Program-made: the position numbers and the translations under genes
Shown here: positions 36,772 to 46,343 of the stretch, piece by piece
Layout of the letters: each line of letters starts with the position of its first letter
Position numbering within the stretch: position 1 is the first letter of the stretch
Source of the DNA: an uncultured Solibacteraceae bacterium
GTDB lineage: Bacteria; Acidobacteriota; Vicinamibacteria; Vicinamibacterales; SCN-69-37
Assembly: GCA_964471115.1 (NCBI GenBank)
Contig: CAYYFE010000015.1
Coordinates: forward strand, 13,818-77,817
Reading direction: 5' to 3'
Length of the DNA stretch: 64,000 bases
The notes under the pieces: generated by a model
Seen by the model: the letters and a program-made list of their open reading frames with translations, nothing else
Database searches by the model: none
Told to the model about the DNA's origin: nothing

Positions 36772-37803
36772 TCAGGAGAGGTCGTAGGTGTAGCAGCCGG
36801 GCAGGACCAGCGCCCGGGTGACGCCGGGCACGCGGCTGAACGACAGACTCTCGGGCGCCTGGTTGCCCGTGCCGTCAAACGTGACGACCCGCCGCTTGTC
36901 GCCGTACTGGTCGTAGACGTACGTGAAGGGCGCGGCCAGGCTGACCCAGAGGTGGCCGTTCGGATCGAGCGCCGCCGTGCGAATCATCGGCGGGATCACC
37001 GGGTACGTCCCGTCCCCCGTCTTGCGCGTGGGCCACGTCGTCGGCAACGTCTGCAGGTACGGATCGAGATGGGATCCCTCGATGTGGCGCTCGAAGACCA
37101 GTTGCCCCGCGGCGTCGTACTTCTGGAACTTCGGCACGCCGGTCTGAAAGACAAACGTCACGCTGCCGTCACGACCGCGCAACGCCAGGCCCACGTTGAG
37201 CGCCATGTGCACGTTGCGGTCGTGTTCGTGGCCCGTCGCTCGCAGCCGCCCGATCTGCCGGATCGGATTGCCGTTGAGGTCCAGCTCGGTGATCAGCGCG
37301 CCGTTGTCCGGCTCGTTGAGCAGGAATCCCGATCCGGTGAACTGCAGCGCGCCCACGCCGTTGAGGATGACCGCGCCCATGATGAGCCGGGGCGCCACCA
37401 CGCCCGGCCGCAGAAACGCGCGAATCTGCGCGCCGGCCGCGGTGAACACCTGGATTCGCTCCTGACGGAAGGGCGCATCCGAAATCGCATACGCGCCATC
37501 GTCGGCCAGGCTGAGGGCGCCCGGCTGCAGCGTCTCGCCCTTTTCGAGCCCGGCCTGCACCAGCCGCGTGAGACGTGTCCCGGTGCGGTCCACCGCGTAC
37601 AACGTGTGCGCGCGACGGTCGAGCAGCAGGTACCGCCCGGAGGCGTCCTGCACGAATCCGATGGGATGAATCAGCGAATCACAGACCTGCTGCGACAGGC
37701 CGCCGGTGGGGCGCAGGACTTCGACGGGCAGCTGCGATGCCGTGAGTGTGGTCGACAGGAAAAGTGCGGCGCCCCACAGACCATGGCGCCCTACGCAAGT
37801 CAC
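36772..37803 (-). CDS. secreted hypothetical protein, possibly beta-propeller (NHL-like)
   Basis: The ORF is followed 3 nt downstream by the DUF885 gene. Repetitive beta-rich sequence. Start uncertain: GTG 37803 lies at the edge of the decamer array. Confidence 0.45.
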   Translation of the reverse strand: MTCVGRHGLWGAALFLSTTLTASQLPVEVLRPTGGLSQQVCDSLIHPIGFVQDASGRYLLLDRRAHTLYAVDRTGTRLTRLVQAGLEKGETLQPGALSLADDGAYAISDAPFRQERIQVFTAAGAQIRAFLRPGVVAPRLIMGAVILNGVGALQFTGSGFLLNEPDNGALITELDLNGNPIRQIGRLRATGHEHDRNVHMALNVGLALRGRDGSVTFVFQTGVPKFQKYDAAGQLVFERHIEGSHLDPYLQTLPTTWPTRKTGDGTYPVIPPMIRTAALDPNGHLWVSLAAPFTYVYDQYGDKRRVVTFDGTGNQAPESLSFSRVPGVTRALVLPGCYTYDLS

Positions 37804-37877
37804 TCGCCGCCACCCGCCGCTACTCGCCGCCACTTGCCGCCACTTGCCGCCACTCGCCGCCACTCGCCGCTACTCGC
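37801..37877 (-). repeat. tandem decamer array, about 7.7 units, same unit as 27075-27153 but on the minus strand
   Basis: Plus strand reads cactcgccgc cacccgccgc tactcgccgc cacttgccgc cacttgccgc cactcgccgc cactcgccgc tactcgc. It fills the spacer between two minus-strand genes. Confidence 0.9.
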
Positions 37878-39967
37878 TAATACCTTGCTGTCTCAAGCAC
37901 CGCCGCCAGCACATCGGCCGAGCCGGGCAGGATGACCTCTTCCAGATCGGGGCAGTAGGCGACCGGGCAGTCCATCGCCGCCACACGGCGCACCGGCGCG
38001 TCGAGGTATTCGAACAGGTCGCTCGCGGTGCGGGCGGCCAGCTCGGCGCCGAAGCCGCAGGTCAGCTGATCTTCGTGCGCGATGACCAGACGGTTCGTCG
38101 CCTTGACCGCGTCGGCGATCGCGTCGAAGTCGTACGGCATGATCGTGCGCAGGTCGATCACCTTCACGCTCACGCCCTCTTTTTCCGCCTGCTGCGCCGC
38201 CAGCAGGGTGCGCTGCACCAGCGCGCCCCAGGTGACCACCGTCACGTCCGTGCCCTCGCGCCGCACCGCCGCCTTGCCGAACGGAATCATGTATTCCGCG
38301 CCGGGGTACTCGCCCTTGTTGTACGTCTGGCGGTACAGGTGTTTGTGCTCGAGGAACATCACCGGGTCGTCGCACCGGATGGCCGTGCGCAGCAGCCCGG
38401 CCGCGTCCTGTGCGTTCGACGGGAACGCGATGCGGATGCCGGGGCAGTGCGCAAAGATGCTTTCGCCCGACTGGCTGTGGTACGGCGCGCCGCCGCGCAG
38501 GTACCCGCCAATCGCCGTGCGCACCACCATCGGGCACGAGAAGAAGTTGCCCGACCGGTACCGCATCATCGACATCTCGTCGCGCAGCTGCATCATCGCG
38601 GGCCAGATGTAGTCGAAGAACTGAATCTCGACGATGGGTTTGATGCCGCGCGTGGCCATGCCGACGCCCCGGCCGACGATGTTGGCCTCCGCCAGCGGCG
38701 CGTTGAACACGCGCGTGCCGCCGTACGCCTTCTGCAGGCCGTGCGTCACCTTGAACACGCCGCCCTTGCCCTGGACCTGCGCCAGGTTGGCCTCGTGCGT
38801 GGCATCCGCCACGTCTTCGCCGAAGACGACGATGCGCGGGTTGCGCGCCATTTCATCCTTCATCGTGCGGTTGATGGCGGCCACCATCGTGTCGGGTTTG
38901 CCCTCGGGCTGCGCCGGCGTGTCAAACGCCGCGCCGGCCGGATCCACGTCCGGTGAATACACGTACAGGCCGGCCGTCTCGCGCGCGGGTTTGGGCGCCT
39001 TGATGGCCGCGTCGGCCGCGGCGTTGATCGTGGCGTCCACGTCTTTCGCGATGGCCGCCAGATCCTCGTCGGTGGCCAGGCCCTCGGCCTTGAGCCACGC
39101 GGCGAACTTCGGCAGCGGGTCGCGCGTCGCTTCCTCCGCGCGTTCGGCCGGCGTCTTGTACAACTTCTCGTCGTCGGAGAGCGAGTGGGAGTACGGCCGG
39201 ATGACCTTGGCGTGAATCAGCGCCGGTCCCTTGCGGCTGCGGCAGTAGTCCAGCGCCTGCGCGGCCGTGCGGTAGCTCTCCATGAAGTCGGTGCCGTCGC
39301 AGCGGAACACGCCGAGGCCCGGGAAGCCTTCCACCAGCTTCGACATGTCGCCGCCGGGCGTCTGCACCTCGACCGGCACCGAAATGGCGTAGCCGTTGTC
39401 CTCAATCATGAAGAGGACGGGCAGCTTGGCGACGCAGGCCGCGTTGAGTGACTCCCAGAACTCGCCTTCGCTGACCGTGCCATCGCCGACGGACACGTAC
39501 GTGACTTCGTCGGGTTGGTACTTCGACTCGCGATCGGGAATGTCGGTGACGCGTTCATACAGCCGGCCGGCTTCCGCGCAGCCCACGGCCTGCAGGCACT
39601 GGGTGCCCGTCGGGCTGCCCTGCGAGACGATGTTGAGCCGCTTGTGGCCCCAGTGCGAGGGCATCTGGCGGCCGGCGCTGTTGGGATCGTCGGCCGCGCC
39701 CACCGCGCTCAGGAACATCTCGAGCGGCGTCATGCCCAGCGCCAGACACAACGCGCGGTCGCGGTAATACGGGTAGAACCAGTCGTGCCCGGGCTTCATC
39801 TGCATGCCCGTGGCCGTGAGGATGGCCTCGTGGCCGGCCCCGCTGATCTGGAAAAAAATCAGGCTCTGATTCTTGAGCTGAATCTCCTTGTCGTCGATGC
39901 GCCGCGAGGTCAGCATCGTCCGATAGGCCGTCAGCAGGTCATCCCGGGTCAGTCCATCGTGGGCCAT
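37877..39967 (-). CDS. fused E1 alpha+beta component of a 2-oxoacid dehydrogenase (TPP-dependent)
   Basis: Start re-picked at [12 protein letters not shown]. Alpha part with TPP motif [18 protein letters not shown]. Beta part [36 protein letters not shown]. Confidence 0.85.
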   Translation of the reverse strand: MAHDGLTRDDLLTAYRTMLTSRRIDDKEIQLKNQSLIFFQISGAGHEAILTATGMQMKPGHDWFYPYYRDRALCLALGMTPLEMFLSAVGAADDPNSAGRQMPSHWGHKRLNIVSQGSPTGTQCLQAVGCAEAGRLYERVTDIPDRESKYQPDEVTYVSVGDGTVSEGEFWESLNAACVAKLPVLFMIEDNGYAISVPVEVQTPGGDMSKLVEGFPGLGVFRCDGTDFMESYRTAAQALDYCRSRKGPALIHAKVIRPYSHSLSDDEKLYKTPAERAEEATRDPLPKFAAWLKAEGLATDEDLAAIAKDVDATINAAADAAIKAPKPARETAGLYVYSPDVDPAGAAFDTPAQPEGKPDTMVAAINRTMKDEMARNPRIVVFGEDVADATHEANLAQVQGKGGVFKVTHGLQKAYGGTRVFNAPLAEANIVGRGVGMATRGIKPIVEIQFFDYIWPAMMQLRDEMSMMRYRSGNFFSCPMVVRTAIGGYLRGGAPYHSQSGESIFAHCPGIRIAFPSNAQDAAGLLRTAIRCDDPVMFLEHKHLYRQTYNKGEYPGAEYMIPFGKAAVRREGTDVTVVTWGALVQRTLLAAQQAEKEGVSVKVIDLRTIMPYDFDAIADAVKATNRLVIAHEDQLTCGFGAELAARTASDLFEYLDAPVRRVAAMDCPVAYCPDLEEVILPGSADVLAAVLETARY

Positions 39968-39994
39968 ACAACCACTCGATTCTATACTGGCCAG

Positions 39995-40327
39995 GTGGAC
40001 ACGCCGGCCGTTTTCCGTTGGGAGGAACTGCCCCTGGAACGGGTGACCGAGATGGTGGCGCGCAAGGTGGCGCAGACCCCGGCGCACGTGGTGGCGCAGG
40101 TGTACCTCAAGCGGGGTGCGCTGGTGCCGCGGCACCAGCACGAGGCCGAACAACTGCTGTACGTGCTGCAGGGCGCGCTGGCGTGCCGCATCGGCGACCG
40201 GACACGGATCATCAGGCAGGGCGAGATGGTCGCGGTGCCGGCCGGTGTGCCGCACCAGGCCGAGGCCCTCGACGACACCTTCGTGATGTCAATGCACGCG
40301 GCGGATGTAATCGGGCCGGGGCGGTGA
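39995..40327 (+). CDS. small cupin-domain protein
   Basis: [22 protein letters not shown]...[17 protein letters not shown] cupin motifs. The upstream part of the track ORF is antisense to the E1 gene and was trimmed to GTG 39995. Confidence 0.55.
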   Translation: MDTPAVFRWEELPLERVTEMVARKVAQTPAHVVAQVYLKRGALVPRHQHEAEQLLYVLQGALACRIGDRTRIIRQGEMVAVPAGVPHQAEALDDTFVMSMHAADVIGPGR

Positions 40328-40972
40328 GGGCCGCGACCGCGGCCGCGGGGTCTTGAGGTAGAACCAGCCGGCCACCAGGCCCGACAGATGGGCCACGTGG
40401 GCGATGCCGCTGTTGCCGCCGCTGCTGACCGCCTGCGCCAGCGCGATGGCGCCCGCGATCAGGGCAAACACCCGCGCGGTCAGCGGAAACAACCCGAAGA
40501 AGTACACCGTGCGGTGCGGAAACACGATGGCCCACGCCATCATCAGGCCGTAGCCGGCGCCCGAGGCGCCCACGGTGAGCGCGAAGTACGACGGGGCCGT
40601 GGCGGCCAGCGGCAGCAGCGAGGTCACGACGGTCGCCAATCCGGCGGTGGTGCCGACGATCAGGTAGTACTTCGTAAACGCGATCGTGCCCCAGCGGCGT
40701 TCGAGGTCGACCCCGAACATCCAGACGAACAACATGTTGAAGAGCAGGTGGAACACGTCGAGGTGCACGAACTGGTAGGTGAACACCTGCCAGACATACC
40801 CCTCGGTCAACACGAGCTCCGGCACCAGGCCCACCCAGTCGGCCAGGCGGGCCATGATGAGCACGATCACGTACACCGCGACGTTGGCGATCACGATCGC
40901 CTTCACGGCCGGGGTCATCGGTCCGGGACCCAGGGTGTAGGTCATGTGCGGCGCGGGCGCGTAGCGGCTCAC
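40289..40972 (-). CDS. rhomboid-family intramembrane serine protease
   Basis: Catalytic GASGAGYGLM and HVAHLSGLVAGW. Six TM segments. Start/stop overlap with murJ. Confidence 0.85.
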   Translation of the reverse strand: MSRYAPAPHMTYTLGPGPMTPAVKAIVIANVAVYVIVLIMARLADWVGLVPELVLTEGYVWQVFTYQFVHLDVFHLLFNMLFVWMFGVDLERRWGTIAFTKYYLIVGTTAGLATVVTSLLPLAATAPSYFALTVGASGAGYGLMMAWAIVFPHRTVYFFGLFPLTARVFALIAGAIALAQAVSSGGNSGIAHVAHLSGLVAGWFYLKTPRPRSRPSPPRPDYIRRVH

Positions 40973-42582
40973 GGTCTGATCCTAGCCGACACTTTTTGCC
41001 AGGCGTCCAGGAACTCCCGCAGGCGCAGCGCCCATGCGGCCGCCGCGAGCGTCAGCAGCGCCACGCTGATGGCGCCGCACACCCGGAGGCCGGCGCCGAT
41101 CGTGTGCGCGATCGACGGTGACAGCCCGGGCCACCACGCGCGCGGATCGGGCAACGCCGCGCCGATCCACTGCGCCGAGGCCCAGGCGGCCGCCCCCATT
41201 GCCGCCGAGGCCGCCAGGATCTTCAGCGCGGCCACCAGCACGCGGCTGCCGTCCAGGCCTCCGAGCCGTCGCGCCAGCAGCACGAACAACAGGGCGGCAT
41301 TAAAGAGAGCCGACAGCGCCGTGCTGAGCGCCAGGCCCGGGAAGCCCATCACCCGCACGAGTGTGAGACTGAGAACGAGGTTCAGGGCGATCGACGCCAT
41401 GCTGACCGCCACCGGCGTCCGCGCGTCGCCCAGCGCGTAAAACGCCGGCGAGGCAATCTTGACCGCCGAGTAGCCAAGCAGACCTGGCGCGTAACAGAGC
41501 AGGGCCTGCGCGGTCATCCGGGTGCTGGTGGCGTCAAAGGCTCCGCGCTCGAAAATGAAGGCGATGATCGGCGATGCCAGCACCATCAGGCCAACGGCCG
41601 ACGGCACGTTGAGCATCAGCATCATGCGTACCGCGCTCGAGATCGTCCGGCGCATCTCCGCGGCGCTCCCGGCCGCGGCCTGGCGCGCCAGGTCGGGCAA
41701 CGCGGCCGTCGCCACTGACACGCCGAAGATGCCGATGGGCAGGTACATGAGCCGGAACGCATACCCCAGCGAGGACACGGCCCCTTCACCCTCGCCGACG
41801 GCCAGCACCGTGTTGACCACGACGTTGACCTGCGCGGCGGCCAGGCCCAGCGTGCCCGGCCCCATCAGCATCAGGATCTCGCGCACGCCCGGATCGCGGA
41901 AGTCCACGATGGGCCGGTAGCGGAAGCCCTCCCGATAGAGCAGCGGCAGTTGCACCAGAATCTGCCCCAGACCGCCCAGCAACGTCCCCCACGCGATGCC
42001 CACGATGGGATGCCAGCCCAGCTGCCGCGCCAGCGGCACAAAGGCCACCGCGCTGATGAGGATGCCGACGTTGTACGCGGCCGGCGACACCGCCGGGATG
42101 AAGAACTTCCGCAGCGCGTTGAGCATGCCGCCCAGCGCGACGGCGATTGCCACCAGCGTCAGAAACGGCATCACCCATCGCGCCAGCTCCACCGTCAGCG
42201 ACAGTTGCGCGACATTGTCGGTATCCGGCGCGTCGGGCAACAACTGCAGCAGGGGCTCGGCGAACACGATCCCCAGCACCACCAGCGCGCCGGTGACGAC
42301 GATGAGCGCATTGAGGACGAGGTTGCCCAGCCGCCAGGCGGCCTCTCGGCCCTGCTGCTTGAGGACCTTGGTGAACGTGGGCACGAACGCGGCGCTCATG
42401 GCGCCTTCCGCGAACAGGTCGCGCACCAGGCTCGGCACCCGCATGGCCACCTGGTAGGCGTCGTTGGCCAGGCCGGTGCCGAAGAGTCCGGCCATGACCT
42501 GGTCGCGCACCACGCCCAGCAGCCGGCTGGACATGACGGCGGCGCCCACCGTGCCCGCGGACCGGGCCAGACGTTCAGACAT
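40969..42582 (-). CDS. murJ: lipid II flippase MurJ
   Basis: VMSSRLLGVVRDQVMAGLFGTGLANDAYQVAMRVPSLVRDLFAEGAMSAAFVPTF is the canonical MurJ N-terminus. 14-TM MOP fold length. Confidence 0.9.
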   Translation of the reverse strand: MSERLARSAGTVGAAVMSSRLLGVVRDQVMAGLFGTGLANDAYQVAMRVPSLVRDLFAEGAMSAAFVPTFTKVLKQQGREAAWRLGNLVLNALIVVTGALVVLGIVFAEPLLQLLPDAPDTDNVAQLSLTVELARWVMPFLTLVAIAVALGGMLNALRKFFIPAVSPAAYNVGILISAVAFVPLARQLGWHPIVGIAWGTLLGGLGQILVQLPLLYREGFRYRPIVDFRDPGVREILMLMGPGTLGLAAAQVNVVVNTVLAVGEGEGAVSSLGYAFRLMYLPIGIFGVSVATAALPDLARQAAAGSAAEMRRTISSAVRMMLMLNVPSAVGLMVLASPIIAFIFERGAFDATSTRMTAQALLCYAPGLLGYSAVKIASPAFYALGDARTPVAVSMASIALNLVLSLTLVRVMGFPGLALSTALSALFNAALLFVLLARRLGGLDGSRVLVAALKILAASAAMGAAAWASAQWIGAALPDPRAWWPGLSPSIAHTIGAGLRVCGAISVALLTLAAAAWALRLREFLDAWQKVSARIRP

Positions 42583-42585
42583 GGG

Positions 42586-42627
42586 GGGAAAAAAGAAGGG
42601 GCCTCAACCCCTGCGATTGAGGCCCCT
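42586..42627 (-). terminator. rho-independent terminator-like hairpin with T-tract (minus strand)
   Basis: Minus strand reads AGGGGCCTCAA-tcgcagggg-TTGAGGCCCCT-TCTTTTTTCCCCCC: an 11-bp perfect stem (42597-42607 / 42617-42627) followed by a T run. It ends 3 nt before the murJ ATG. Confidence 0.6.
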
Positions 42628-42723
42628 GCCCGGAGGATGGATGAGAGGCACTTGCGTGCCTTTCATGGGGATTAGACTGCGGACCCCGCAAAAAAGTTTG
42701 GTCGCCGGTCCGCGCCACGGCTG

Positions 42724-43179
42724 TCAGCGCCCGCCTGAGAGCCGCGCCTTGACCGCATCCGCCAGCACCTTGCCGTCCACGGTCTGGCCGGCCAGAGCGG
42801 CCTGCACGGCTTTCATCACCTTGCCCATGTCCTTCACGGACGTGGCTCCGGTTTCGGCCACCGCGGCGTCCACCGCCGCCGCGACGGCGGCCGGGTCGGC
42901 GGCCGGCGGCAGGAAGGTTTCGAGGAACGTCAGCTCGGCCTGTTCCTTGTCGGCCAGGTCGGCGCGGCCGCCCGCGCGGAACTGGTCGATCGAGTCACGG
43001 CGCTGCTTGACGAGCTGGCTGACGACCTGCAGGGATTCGGCCTCGTCGAGCGCGCGGCCTTTTTCGACTTCGCGGTTCATCAGCGCGGCCTTGAGCATGC
43101 GCAGCGGCCCCAGCGACGCCTGGTCGCGCTGCTTCATGGCGTCGGCAATCGCGGCGGTGACTCGGTCGAGCAGGCTCAT
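42724..43179 (-). CDS. GatB/YqeY-domain protein
   Basis: MSLLDRVTAAIADAMKQRD...LRMLKAALMNREVEKG...VSQLVKQRRDSIDQF is typical of YqeY. Confidence 0.85.
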   Translation of the reverse strand: MSLLDRVTAAIADAMKQRDQASLGPLRMLKAALMNREVEKGRALDEAESLQVVSQLVKQRRDSIDQFRAGGRADLADKEQAELTFLETFLPPAADPAAVAAAVDAAVAETGATSVKDMGKVMKAVQAALAGQTVDGKVLADAVKARLSGGR

Positions 43180-44318
43180 GGCGCAAGCATACCGCGATAG
43201 AGCGCTTCGTATTGACCGGCGACCGCCTCGGGCCCGAAGCGCGCGCGCAGGGTCTCGGCCGTCGCCTGGCTGGTCCGGCGCGGACGGGCCAGCGCGTCAG
43301 TCAGCGCGCCGGCCAGCGCGTCGACGGCCTTGCGTGGCACCACCCGCACATCGTCGCCAAACAGCGCGTGCAGCTCGACGCCGCCGGGATGATCGGCCGA
43401 GACGACCGGCGTGCCCGCCGCCAGCGCCTCGACGGCGACCGTCGGCAGGGCTTCGAGCAGGGACGGCAGCGCGAAGACGTCGGCCGCGGCCACGTACCGC
43501 GCCACCTCGTCATTGGGCACCAGCCCGGCGAAGGTGACCCGCTCGGCGACGCCCAGCGCGCGGGCTTGCGCTTCGAGCGTCGCCTTCAGCCCGCCCGTGC
43601 CGCAGATGATCAGGCGGGTGTCGGGATGGGCCTGCAACACGGCCGGCATCGCCTGAATCAGATACGTCTGCCCGGCCAGTTCATGCAGGCGTTTGACGTT
43701 GAGGATCAGCCGCGACTCGGTGATGCCCAGCGCCCGGCGCACGCCCTGCCGCGCCTCCTCGGACAGCGGGTGAAACGCCGGGGAGACGGCCGGATACACG
43801 ACCGTCAGGCCGGGGCGATCCAGCTGCAGTTCGCGCGCGCGGTCGAGCAGCCCCTGGCTGTAGAACGTGACCGTCGCGGCGCGCCGATAGGCCGCGCGGA
43901 AGAAGTCGACGGGCCAGCGGCGCTGATAGTGCCAGATCTCCGTGCCGTACAAGGTGAGCACGTACGGCACGCCGTGGCCGCGCGCCCAGCGCGCGCTCGT
44001 CTCCACCAGCAGGCCGTTCGAGTGCAGGTGCAGCGCGTCGGCGCCATCGGCCACTTCATCGAGCACGCGGGTGTACTGGCGCGAGAGCAGCGCCGCGTCG
44101 ATCCGGAGCGCGCCGGCCAGGCCCGCGCGCACCCGGCGGGGCACCCAGGTGACGCCGCCGGCCGCCGGTGCCTCGGGGGCGCCGCCCTGCGCGGGCGGAT
44201 GCGCGATGTAGATCACTTCGTGTCCATGCGCCACGGACCATTCGCCGAGCTGCGCCGGCAGGATGGCGTTGGCCGCCTGATCCGGCGGCAGATGCGGCGT
44301 GACGTGAATGATCCTCAT
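43176..44318 (-). CDS. GT4-family (GT-B) glycosyltransferase
   Basis: MRIIHVTPHLPPD... N-terminus. C-terminal EALPTVAVEALAAGTPVVS (EX7E-like) region. Confidence 0.85.
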   Translation of the reverse strand: MRIIHVTPHLPPDQAANAILPAQLGEWSVAHGHEVIYIAHPPAQGGAPEAPAAGGVTWVPRRVRAGLAGALRIDAALLSRQYTRVLDEVADGADALHLHSNGLLVETSARWARGHGVPYVLTLYGTEIWHYQRRWPVDFFRAAYRRAATVTFYSQGLLDRARELQLDRPGLTVVYPAVSPAFHPLSEEARQGVRRALGITESRLILNVKRLHELAGQTYLIQAMPAVLQAHPDTRLIICGTGGLKATLEAQARALGVAERVTFAGLVPNDEVARYVAAADVFALPSLLEALPTVAVEALAAGTPVVSADHPGGVELHALFGDDVRVVPRKAVDALAGALTDALARPRRTSQATAETLRARFGPEAVAGQYEALYRGMLAP

Positions 44319-45301
44319 GCCGGCCCCTGAACCCTGGACCCTCGGACCCTGGACCCTGCGTACGCTTCAAACGTCATTCCCTCGGCGCCCAGTTCCTTCG
44401 TGGCGTACGTCAGGAAGGCGCCCAGCCGTTCGTAGAAGGCGTCCAGCTCGGCCTCGGTGCGGTTGTACGGACTGCCGCCGACGATGGCCTCCGAGGAATG
44501 GAAGAGCAGGTTGAGAATCGGGACGCCGGCGTCGACCAGCTGCCGTCCCAGCGCGCACATGTCCTGCGTCGAGCTGTACGACGGGCGCAGCCAGCGGACC
44601 TGCGCGACCCCCGACAGACGCAGCAGGCGCTTGGTGGTGTAGTTGAACGGCGCGCGCGCGTAGGCGTGCGCCAGCCACGCCGGGACGCGCCGGTTGAGTG
44701 CGGCCGAAATCGGCAGCTCCAGCACCTGGCTCGAGCCCGGCCGCGTCGCGTTGTCGTAGGCGAGGAAGTACGGCGTCAACGGGGCCTCGACGAAGTCGGG
44801 CCCGCCCTTGTGCGCCTCGTAGAACAGGGGAGCCACGCTCGAGTCGACCAGGTAGCCGGCGCGTTCGAGTGACGAAACGTGGGAGGCCGAAAATCCGAAG
44901 CGGCCCGAACGATACGACACCGGCCGCACGCCGACCGCGGCGGTGATCGCGTCGGTCAACGACGCCAGCTGGGCGTCGAATTGATCGAGGGGCAGCTGCA
45001 GGGCGTACGGGTGCCGGCGGATGTCCGCCTCGGTGCACGGCGGCGTTTCCCACGCGTGATGATGCGCGCCGATTTCACAGTCGCCCGCCTCGTGCAGCCG
45101 GCGCAGCACCTCGGCCGAGCGGGGATCGGTGGCGACCGGATGGGTGATGACGTACGTCGGCCGGACGCCGTGACGCCGGAAGAACTCGTGCAGCCGATCG
45201 AGCGCGTAGATGTTCTCGAAGCGCTGGTGCAGGCGCGCCTGGGCGTCCCACTGGTTGTCGCCTTCGGTGTCGATTGCGACCAGCAGGGCGGGCCCGGTCA
45301 T
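44315..45301 (-). CDS. polysaccharide deacetylase-like protein (WalW-type)
   Basis: LLVAIDTEGDNQWD...VRPTYVITHPVA...EIGAHHHAWETPP resembles the divalent-metal deacetylase fold. ATGA overlaps at both ends. Confidence 0.7.
   Translation of the reverse strand: MTGPALLVAIDTEGDNQWDAQARLHQRFENIYALDRLHEFFRRHGVRPTYVITHPVATDPRSAEVLRRLHEAGDCEIGAHHHAWETPPCTEADIRRHPYALQLPLDQFDAQLASLTDAITAAVGVRPVSYRSGRFGFSASHVSSLERAGYLVDSSVAPLFYEAHKGGPDFVEAPLTPYFLAYDNATRPGSSQVLELPISAALNRRVPAWLAHAYARAPFNYTTKRLLRLSGVAQVRWLRPSYSSTQDMCALGRQLVDAGVPILNLLFHSSEAIVGGSPYNRTEAELDAFYERLGAFLTYATKELGAEGMTFEAYAGSRVRGSRVQGPA
44329..44357 (+). repeat. tandem 7/8-mer array (GGACCCT type), 4 units
   Basis: gaaccct ggaccct cggaccct ggaccct. 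It encodes the last residues (GSRVRGSRVQGPA) of the minus-strand deacetylase gene and sits just upstream of the GT4 start. Confidence 0.85.
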
Positions 45302-46341
45302 CGGTCCTGGTCCGAGTCGCCGAGTGTGACGTGCCAGGTCTCGGTGGAGTCGTAGAAGGCCTTCGGCACGTCAATGGCATTGATCTTGGCCACGAACTCC
45401 ATCGTGGACTTCACGGCGAAGTACCCCTCGGCCTTCAGGTGCTTGCGATACCCGGCGTGCATGGCAAACGCGCGAATCTTGTCGGAGTTCGCCGTCCGCG
45501 CCTCGCGATCCACCCAGCGGAGCAGCGTGAGGAACCCGGAGGCATCCTGGGGGTCGGTGAGCCAGTCCACCACCAGCGTGACGCGCCCGCGCGGTTCCTG
45601 CACGTGGCGGTAGACCACGTAACCGCCCAGCTCGCCGTCGCGTTCGAGCATGGCAATGCTGTACCGCACGTGCGGCGCCTGGATGTATTTCCAATTGAGG
45701 TACGCCGCGTCGCGGCGCACGGCGAACGCGAACTGGGGGGCCACGCGCGCCCACAGGGCGTCACAGCGCGCGTCGAACTGCCGGACCACGCGCACCTCGC
45801 CCTGCAGCGGACGCGTCCGCGCAATGAGCCGGATCCACGGCAGCGTCAGCGCCGACAGCAGCTTGTTGGCGCCCACCGACCAGCCGGGCCGCCGCAGCGC
45901 GCGGCGCGTCAGCGGCTTGACCAGGCACGGCACCGGACCCACGTCCGGCCAGCGCAGTTTGCCGAAGAGCCGATACGACGAGTCGGACAGGCCCAGGCCC
46001 AGCGACGCGCCCACGTTGCGGTCCCACGTGCGGAACAACACTTCGCCCAGCCCCTGGCGCTGACGTTCGGGGGCCACCATGACGTCCATGCCCCAGGCGG
46101 CATCGATCTCGCGGCCCTGCACCCACAACTTCACCGGCATCGTCGCGTACTGCCCGACGATGGTCTGGCCCTCCCGGGCCAGCCAGATGAGGGGCCCCTC
46201 GGCGGGCATGTGCGGATTGCGCCGGTACTGCCAGTCCCAGCGCAGCCGGTTGGCTTCGGCCGAATCGGTGCCGAACACGCGCCGGTACAACGCCTCGACG
46301 TGGCGCCGGTCATCCTCGCGGTAGCGGTCGATGTCAGCCAT
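45298..46341 (-). CDS. GNAT-family acyltransferase, two-domain
   Basis: GMDVMVAPERQRQGLGEVLFRTW matches acetyl-CoA binding motif A (Q/RxxGxG/A). About 350 aa, suggesting a GNAT plus an accessory domain. Confidence 0.65.
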   Translation of the reverse strand: MADIDRYREDDRRHVEALYRRVFGTDSAEANRLRWDWQYRRNPHMPAEGPLIWLAREGQTIVGQYATMPVKLWVQGREIDAAWGMDVMVAPERQRQGLGEVLFRTWDRNVGASLGLGLSDSSYRLFGKLRWPDVGPVPCLVKPLTRRALRRPGWSVGANKLLSALTLPWIRLIARTRPLQGEVRVVRQFDARCDALWARVAPQFAFAVRRDAAYLNWKYIQAPHVRYSIAMLERDGELGGYVVYRHVQEPRGRVTLVVDWLTDPQDASGFLTLLRWVDREARTANSDKIRAFAMHAGYRKHLKAEGYFAVKSTMEFVAKINAIDVPKAFYDSTETWHVTLGDSDQDR

Positions 46342-46343
46342 GC

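Noticed and set aside
39515-39994. Upstream 160 codons of the 270-aa track ORF containing the cupin domain
   Set aside because: This part is antisense to the well-supported E1 dehydrogenase gene and compositionally shadow-like. The ORF was trimmed to the GTG at 39995, just past the E1 start.
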